Assembly: GCA_964016885.1 (NCBI GenBank) | Contig: OZ024746.1 | Coordinates: 82,026,001 to 82,090,000 of the forward strand | From: Eledone cirrhosa | Taxonomy: Eukaryota | DNA length: 64,000 bases | Direction: 5' to 3' | Part shown: one piece after another, positions 55,260 through 64,000 of the stretch | How positions within the stretch are numbered: the first letter of the stretch is position 1 | Layout of the letters: every line of letters begins with the position of its first letter | Made by a program: the position numbers and the translations under genes | The notes under the pieces: model-generated | The model's database searches: none | The model's input: only the letters and a program-made list of their open reading frames with translations | What the model was told of the DNA's origin: nothing

Positions 55260-55440
55260 CATCATCATCATCATCATCACCATTTTACGTCCGTTCTTCC
55301 ACGCTAGCATGGATTAGACTGATTGTCCTGTTGTGGGCAGTGTCCAGTCGGCTGACCTTGTCTTGCTCATATGGGAACTGATTATGGCTTGATTTCTACA
55401 GCTGGATACCCTTCCTAACATCAACCTCATTTACAGTGAT
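55258..55440 (-). mobile_element. SINE-like repeat with (TGA)n tail
   Basis: catcat...cgtccgttcttccacgctagcatgg...gatacccttcctaac; second copy at ~58910-59095. Confidence 0.55.
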
Positions 55441-55599
55441 TGTTGGTTATATATATATATATATATGCTCCTTCTGAACGACTCGGAGGTTTAATTAAAT
55501 CTCGTGCATTAAAATCAGGTCAAGTTGTGTGGCATCTTATTTTTGTAGAAAGTACTGCATCTCCAACTAAAGACGATATTTCTGGGCCCATGTGGTAAG

Positions 55600-56230
55600 C
55601 CTATGGCTCAATATATGTGTATAGCATTGATGAGAATGTTTTAAGGTTGCTGGCTGGTTATGCCAAGACAGGAGCTTAGTATACCGACTGCTTTAAGCGT
55701 CTGATAACATTCCGTCTGATAATATTTCCTAATATTAGGGGTAATCTGGAATAGACACACGCTTTGAATACATGGGAATAGGTGATAGAACATACGTTAT
55801 ATCCGAGAGCGAGTTAGGAAAAGATCTGGCCAAGGGAGTGGGAACGCTCATCAATTTAAACCGACTAAATATTTAGACAGAATCTACAACCACTTCGAGA
55901 TAAACTCTATTGGTGCCACTGTGCTATCAGTGGGGCATGTCCAAGATGTGTACAGAACGAAGAAACTGTTATACACATATTCGTTCAATGTCCGTGTTAA
56001 ATAAATTGGTGATTTATGAGTATATATATCAGATCTGAAGATCGATTCACCGTTTTCTTTTTGGCACAACAGGCGAGCAATATTCCCGTGTCTGGTCCTT
56101 GTGGCAATGTATCTGCTGCACCTCATGAAATTGGCACCTATGGTACGGCTGGATTTCCACATCACAAATATCACTTGTAGTTTCCAAATCGGAAGAAGGC
56201 TATTTGCCTTAGGGTTAAAGTGTATCTAGA
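55600..56230 (-). mobile_element. Highly degenerate RLE-type non-LTR fragment
   Basis: Broken C..CG...TIGANFMRCSRY...RHGNIARLL, resembling the CCHC knuckle plus RH motif. Confidence 0.35.
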
Positions 56231-56336
56231 GATTTATGGGTTGCCAGATTTCCTCCTGCTATTCCTTTAATTTTGAATCTCCTATTCTTATCAATACATG
56301 TGCACTTATATATATATATACATATATATCCGGAGA

Positions 56337-56446
<110 letters not shown>

Positions 56447-56699
56447 ATACTTTGGGAGGGTCAACACACGATTTCAGATAAAGAATCTTACTAAACAAAT
56501 TCAGAAACGATATATATATATATATACAGAGAAATCCGGAGGGTGAAAGCAGCGATTTTTTGCTTAAACTTTAATCTGTTCTTATAATATATATCTATCT
56601 ATCTAAGGCGGGTAAAATTCCCGAGATCCATGGACGAGTTCTCTCCAGCGGTCTCTGTCCCTCATTATCGCTGCCATATCCTGCATCTCCAACAGACCA

Positions 56700-56900
56700 G
56701 TGTCTGTCCTTAGGGCATCAACATATGTTAACCTTATGCTGTATGGGTCTGAGACTTGGACACTGACCAAGAGACTCACTCAGATGGTGGATGGGTGCTA
56801 CACGAGAATGCTGAGGATGGCTCTGAACATTAATCAGTATACACTGAGGATGAAAAACTCAGAGCTGTATGGGAGCATCCCAAAAGTCAGCTCAAAAGAT
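56700..56900 (+). mobile_element. RTE ORF fragment
   Basis: LMLYGSETWTLTK...DGCYTRMLRMALNI. Confidence 0.7.
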
Positions 56901-57053
56901 AATATATATATATATATATATTATATATAGAGAGGGGGGGGGCATACCGCCTTCGGTCACCTAGAAAGTTCAGCCTCTAAGGCACAAAAATACATACATT
57001 GTGATTAAGAATCATGAAATATTTGAAACATATTTTATTATTCACATCTATTC

Positions 57054-57881
<828 letters not shown>

Positions 57882-57973
57882 TGCATGTAAAAGGTAAACA
57901 GAAATAACAACACAATTGGTACAGTATATGGAAGGAATATATTAGGTTAACACTTGAAATAGCAGGAAGGGGG

Positions 57974-58009
57974 TCTTTACGTTTCGGACGCTAGTCCTTC
58001 ATCAGAAGA
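57974..58009 (-). ncRNA. Minimal Penelope-type hammerhead
   Basis: TCTT, CTGATGA, a, GGAC tagc GTCC, GAAA, CG, TA^, AAGA (palindromic ACGT stem III). Confidence 0.8.
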
Positions 58010-58354
58010 AAGAATGAGAAATAAGATAGATTGAAGGGACGGGCGGGGTGGAATTGGAAAAAATGTCATTAGATGAAAATAACAGGTCCAATTATGTTGA
58101 TATCTCTTGGAAATGTATATATATGAAAAATGAAAGGCAAAGTTGACCTTGGTGGGATTTGGGCTTACAGAACCAGAACGATTACTGCAGAGTATTCTAA
58201 TAGATATTCTAATGATTCTGTTAATTCGCCACATACATTACAAGTATAATGGCACCTTATTACTGAAGATAACATATAATTGTTTCTACTTTTGGCACAA
58301 GACCAGCAATTACGCAGTGTATTACTGGTACTTTATTTTATCGACCCCGTAAGG

Positions 58355-58473
58355 ATGAAAGGCAAAGTTAACCTCGATACACACATATAAAAGATAAATT
58401 TCCACCTTGACGCAAGAAATGTTATTGGCGAATTTTATTCTTGACCCAAGACATTTTTATTGGCGAATTCTGT

Positions 58474-58521
<48 letters not shown>

Positions 58522-58522
58522 G

Positions 58523-58596
<74 letters not shown>

Positions 58597-58714
58597 ACAG
58601 AATTCGCCAATAAAATGTCTTGGGTGAAGAATAAAATTCGCCAATAACAATTCTTGCGTCAAGATGGAAATTTATCTTTTATATGTGTGTATCGAGGTTA
58701 ACTTTGCCTTTCAT
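58355..58714. repeat. Inverted duplication centred on a TA microsatellite, including part of a SINE
   Basis: atgaaaggcaaagttaacctcgatac... / ...gtatcgaggttaactttgcctttcat, with a few mismatches between arms. Confidence 0.85.
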
Positions 58715-58893
58715 AGGAAAAAGTATGACCCCGACGGCAGAGCTCAAGCCGTTTCGATGGCTATTTCTGGACTAAATTAGAATTTTTAGCCGTCGGGGTC
58801 ATACTTTTTCCTATTTCCCACTCTACTACCCTAAGTATTGAGTACTCTGGTGCGTTATGGTCCATCTGGTTCCTTACCACAATTCCTTTGTTA
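58714..58893. mobile_element. Family B fold-back tail with the 3' half of a hammerhead
   Basis: Inverted 58714-58738 / 58789-58813; minus strand GAAA-CGGC ttgagctct GCCG-TC^GGGGTC. Confidence 0.65.
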
Positions 58894-59207
58894 TATATAT
58901 ATATATATATCATCATCATTTAACGTCTATCTTCCACGCTAGCATGGGTTAGACGGGAATTGTCCCATTTGAGGTAAGATTGGTCGGGTGACCGTGTCTC
59001 GCTCGTATAGGACTGTCTGGCAGGTTTTCTGCGGTTGGATGCCCTTCCTAACACCAACCACATTTACAGTGTGGACTGGGAGCTTTTTACCGTATTACCT
59101 ACGCGACCACATTACAGCGTAGACTGTGTTTTTTTTCCTTCTCTCTTTCCTCCCCCCCCCCCTCTTTTTCCTTTCTTTTTTTTTGTCGTGACACCTACAC
59201 GACCGCA

Positions 59208-59850
59208 TTAGTTTGGACTGGTAGTTGTGGTACCAGCATAACTTTTTGTGGTAGTATGTATTATGTACCAACATAACTTTTTGTTGAGGTACCAATATAA
59301 CAACATACTAACTACAGAAAGGGTGGTGTTGGCGGGAGTGGAAGGGTGGAGTAGGGGTAGTGAGTTTAGATGTATGTTTGGAGGAGCCCACTGACTGTAG
59401 TGAACGCGGGTCTTCTGTATAACTTCGTGGCGCCAAAGATCTCGATCCAGTGACATTGTCTTAGAGAGGTGTAAGTGTGCAAGGTCGAAATTTATCAAGT
59501 CGTCCCTGGTTTTTCTGGGTCTACCCAGTCCGTAACTTCCATCAATTTTGATCGCCCTGCACATTTTTAAACAGCTGTCGTCTTTCATGCGCATCACATG
59601 ACCATACCAATATAATCTTCTCTCAAGTAAAGAGCACCTGATGCTTCTTATTCCTAATTTTTCACTTAGTTCGTTTATGTTTACTCGTTCGTGTATATTA
59701 CTATTACACATCCAACGGAGCATGCATATTTCCTTCCTTTCCCCCCTGCGTAGGTCCTCTGCATACAACACCCATGTCTCACTGCCATGTAACATTGCTG
59801 TTCGTATACAAGAATCATACAATCTGCTTTCATTTTTGGAGAGAAACCTT
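59208..59850 (-). mobile_element. RTE-type LINE 3' fragment
   Basis: AMLHGSETW...EICMLRWMC...RRLYWYGHVMR...GRPRKT. Confidence 0.8.
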
Positions 59851-59854
59851 TTGT

Positions 59855-59892
<38 letters not shown>

Positions 59893-61462
59893 CGTTTATA
59901 CTGGATAGTTTAACTAATGGATAGATCTAGTTATTCCGATTAGCATATTACGATGCAATAAATAAAAGTACTCAACGTTATGCATATCATCCATCATAGA
60001 TATGGTACCTCGAGGTTGGTGCAGGAACGGAGTTAAATACTTCAATAAAAAAGAAGTCAGGGTTCCAATATATTTGTTTAATGTTCCATAAATACCAATA
60101 CGTATTTCTATAGTCGGCTTGCGCCATCAGATTATGATGCCAGACAATCGATGACGTCGTCAGGTGTAATTAACACTAAAAAACATTTTAAAGATTTAAT
60201 AATTCCTACAGCGTTACGGTAAAATATAAACAAAGAAATGATACGGAAGTGGCCAACCCAATGATGAGAACACAGTGACAGACGGATTCTGTATGCCACA
60301 CACTCGATAAAGCTATGCACTGTTGGTTTGTAGACGCGACCAGGATGGGTGCTTGACAGCAACACATTCCTGCCGGAGGCTGATATGCGACACTATCAAT
60401 CACAGGCAGTCGTAAGCCCATCAAAACCATTTGTTTGGTGTTTCCAACAATGCGATAGCTGTGCTGTTCACTGGACAAAAGCCAGCGTAGCTTGAAGGTG
60501 AATCTCCGAAAGGATATATTTGTAGTGTAAAGTGTTATAAAGACTATAGAGATAATATAAAGATTACAAAACAAGAAAAAATCAATAGTAAATAACAACA
60601 AAGAGATAAACAAAAGTTAAATAATTGTTTCTAATTTAGGCACAAGGCCAGCAAAGCAGAAACAATTATTTAACTTTTGTTTAATCTCTTTGTTATTATT
60701 TACCATTGATTTTTCTTGTTTTGTAATCTTTGTTATCTCTATAGTCTTTGTAACATTTTTGTAAACAAAAGTTAAATAATGATAATAAGTATATAATTAC
60801 GAAAAGTGAATAATTATAATTATAATGTAATTAATTAGTTTTAAAAAGCAAATAATTAATTAAAAAAGTTTTTAAAAAACTATTCGCGTATACAAGTATT
60901 GGGCTATATTACGCAAGTGTAAACATTTTATGGCGTGAATCTAACACGAGCTCGACCAACCCACGTTCTCCTGTCCCCTGTGTGGAGGGAAGGATTCCAT
61001 ACAACCGAATAGGTTCAACATATGGAAATAGGGGAAAATTACTTGAATACTAAGATCAATTTATTCCAAGCACTCCAGGTAGGAATCAGATCCCGGCGTC
61101 TGACAAGGCAACCAAGAGGACAGCTAGGCAATCGATCCATACATTATAATATATACTTTAAGTATTATGTATTATGGCATATACTTTATATTTTATATGT
61201 AATTTGTAATTCCTGATATTATGTGACTCCATATTGACTCTATACCAATAGAGATAATAGAAGCAATAGCAAGCAATAATAATAGTCGTAATACAGATTA
61301 TATTCAATCATAGCGTTACCTCTTGCTAATGACAATATCAGTAACAACGCCACTTGTATTAACCATAAGAGAGAACCAATGGTAAATAACAACAGGTAGG
61401 AGAATCGTAAAAAGGTATATGAATTCAAAAAAGATAACAGTTACGAAAAGTAAATGATTATA

Positions 61463-61623
61463 ATAATTATTTCTACTTTTGGCACAAGGCTAGCAATTAT
61501 CCCAGTGAGGATGAAAGGCAAAGTTAACCTCGGTGGGATTTGAACTCAGACCATAAAGGGCCTTAACTCTTTGCTGCAAAGCATGGCGTCCGACCCTCTA
61601 CCGATACTACCAATCCACCGCCC
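61463..61623 (-). mobile_element. SINE (main family, internal deletion) with TSD
   Basis: TAAATGATTATAATAA duplicated at 61451-61466 and 61624-61639. Confidence 0.85.
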
Positions 61624-63421
61624 TAAATGATTATAATAAGTATTAAATATAATTATAGAAGTAGGTAATTGGTATAGAGTCAATATGGAGTCACGTAATA
61701 TCATGAATTACAAATTACATATAAAATATAAAGTATATACTATAATAGATAATACTTAAAGTATATATCATAATGTATGTATGGTCCTGTGGTTCCTGAT
61801 AGGAGTGCCGTATTGACATACGGCGTTTCTTTGACATTTTAAGCCTGGTGGGGCCCATCCTTCTCCAGGCCTGAGTACAGCAGATTTCTTCCAGAGAAAG
61901 ATAGAAAGTAAAAGAGAGGAAATGAGAAAGAGATATAGAGGAAGAATCGACCCCATTACTAGACTGGTACTTTCTTTTTATCAACCTCGAAATGATGAAA
62001 GGCAAAGTTGACCTCGGCCAGATTTGAACTCAGATAGCAGAGAGGCAAATATCATAAAACATTCTATCCGGCGTTCTAACGACTCTGCCAATTCACCACC
62101 TTATATATCATAATACAAAGTTATAAAAAGACCATATGCTAACTGGAGCGGAGAAGAACTTCCTTGGGCCTGTAAAGCACGCCTTTGTGTTAGATGTATG
62201 GTACAATATGTATGTTATCGAGCAATTAAGCAATTTCGTCAGAAATGTCATAATATGGTAAAACAAACTATATAAAAGAATATAATACAGTCCATTGTAA
62301 GATAAAAGAGTATCAGATTAATTCACCGAGACATCGTTTACTATGTTCCATCGGGTCGATGTTATGAGGCGAAATCTGTTAAAGCTGGTCACCCCGGCCT
62401 AGGGTGGTGGTTCATCTGGTTATATTCGTTGGTATCTATCCAATTAATAGTTTTCGAAGGTTGTACATTACTTGAAGTCGAGAGGATGTTTATGTTTTCT
62501 ATTCTTTATAATCTCTATCTCATCAAGTAGAAAATGAGGGATGTCTCCCATGTGTTAGATTACAGCTATATTAAGGAGTATATAACCCAGAGATCTCGGT
62601 TATGATACTTAAGCATAATAACTGTAGTGGGGATAGAGCCTCCATTCCTCATTACATCTGAAGACACTAAATATCCCGTTCATGTTCGATGGTTTAACTA
62701 ATGGGTAAATCCAGTCATTCTAATTAAATAAACTATTTAGTTTTTATAACTCTACACACGACAAATATGTATACCCTTTAAGAGATTCACTATCATTCTA
62801 CGCCTAGCATTGTAGTGTGTGGCATACGGAAGCCGTCTGTCGCAGTGATCACATCACTGGTCTGACTACCTCCGTATCAATTCTTTGTTTATATTTGACT
62901 ATAGGGATTACTAAATCTTTTATATTAATTACTCCGGACGACGTCACCGATTGTCTTGCGCCATGATCTGATGACGTAAGCCGGTCATAGAAATACGTAT
63001 TTATGCAACATTAACTTTCCCTTTCATCCTTACGGGGTCGATAAAATATAGTACCAGTAATGTACTGGGTAATTGCTGGCCTTGTACCAAAAGTAGAAAC
63101 AATTAAATGAATATATTGAAATACGGCCTTTTTTTTTTCTTTCAAAAATATATATATATACTAATAGGGAAAAATCTAGAAATAGTGCAACATTCTGGTC
63201 TTCCCCTCCTTTCTCATTAAGTGTCCAAACTAATGCTGAAAAGATGTTTTCAGCTCTCGTAGATACCCCCCCCCCCCCGGACACAAATGCCACAACATCT
63301 TTAACCGTGACTTCATGTTCTTGGCACATGAGTATCCAATTTTGACCGCATGACGGTTAAAGTAGCTGTTATAGAAGACATGTCTACTTTCCCGTTTCAT
63401 TTTTTTTAAAAATTAGAATCT

Positions 63422-63699
63422 GTTACACTCCAGATGGAGCCGCTACTCCGAATGGAAAGGTCACAGCTCCGATACTATGGACATGTGATTAGAATGTCTC
63501 AGGAAATAATCGTTGGACAGATTATACGGGCAAAACCAACTGCCAGGAGACACAGGAGTAGACCCCTTGGCTGGTCTTGCTTGGCTGGTCTTGCTTGGAG
63601 ATCCAGCCGGATCAGTTGGAGACGGTTTCTTCTGACAGAACCCGCTAGAAGAAGTGTTTGAGGACTCTGCCCCGACGACCCTCTCAGGAATAAGTGAGC

Positions 63700-63730
<31 letters not shown>

Positions 63731-63793
63731 AAGAAGAAGAAGAAGAAGAAGAAGAAGAAGAAGAAGAAGAAGAAGAAGAAGAAGAAGAAGAAG
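63422..63793 (+). mobile_element. RTE 3' fragment with (GAA)n tail
   Basis: MEPLLRMERSQLRYYGHVIRMSQE. Confidence 0.8.
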
Positions 63794-63964
63794 ATATATA
63801 TACGCATACATATATACATATATACACACATATATATATATATATATATATATCAATGATATTATGCTCCAGAAAACTTGTCGAGTGCTTTGAATCTGTT
63901 ATAAATATATTTGTTGAATTACCAACAAATTAAATATCTCTTTGCTTATATATATATATATATA

Positions 63965-64000
63965 CTAGCTGAATGACCCGGCGTTGCCCGGGTTTCTGCT
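63965..64000 (-). mobile_element. 3' end of a second Helitron, continuing beyond the window
   Basis: CTAG at 63965-63968 next to hairpin cccggcgttgcccggg, similar to 20572-20600. Confidence 0.6.

Noticed and set aside
61795-61832. Strong hairpin with GAAA on the minus strand
   Set aside because: Lies in the tail of the long SINE variant; no valid HHR core

Overview
AT-rich, microsatellite-dense eukaryotic DNA made almost entirely of repeats, with no recognisable host gene. The SINE and microsatellite repertoire looks cephalopod/Octopus-like, but that is from recall and not verified. Large elements: a degenerate CRE-type RLE retrotransposon (~1.8-4.0 kb, -); an apparently intact two-ORF L1/Tx1-clade LINE (13.3-19.4 kb, -) plus a tandem truncated copy, both inside a non-autonomous Helitron (12846-20600); a frameshifted RTE LINE with three C-terminal C2H2 fingers (46.2-49.7 kb, -). 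Also present are many tRNA-derived SINEs, a hAT MITE, RTE 3' fragments and two minisatellites. The main signal, which the ORF track does not show, is about 10 complete and about 8 partial or degenerate type I hammerhead ribozyme (HHR) motifs. Most lie in short non-coding, (TA)n-embedded, often fold-back units from several families, whose direct/inverted repeat layout matches Penelope-like element pLTRs or retrozymes. All folds were done by eye, and coordinates of degenerate repeats are approximate.
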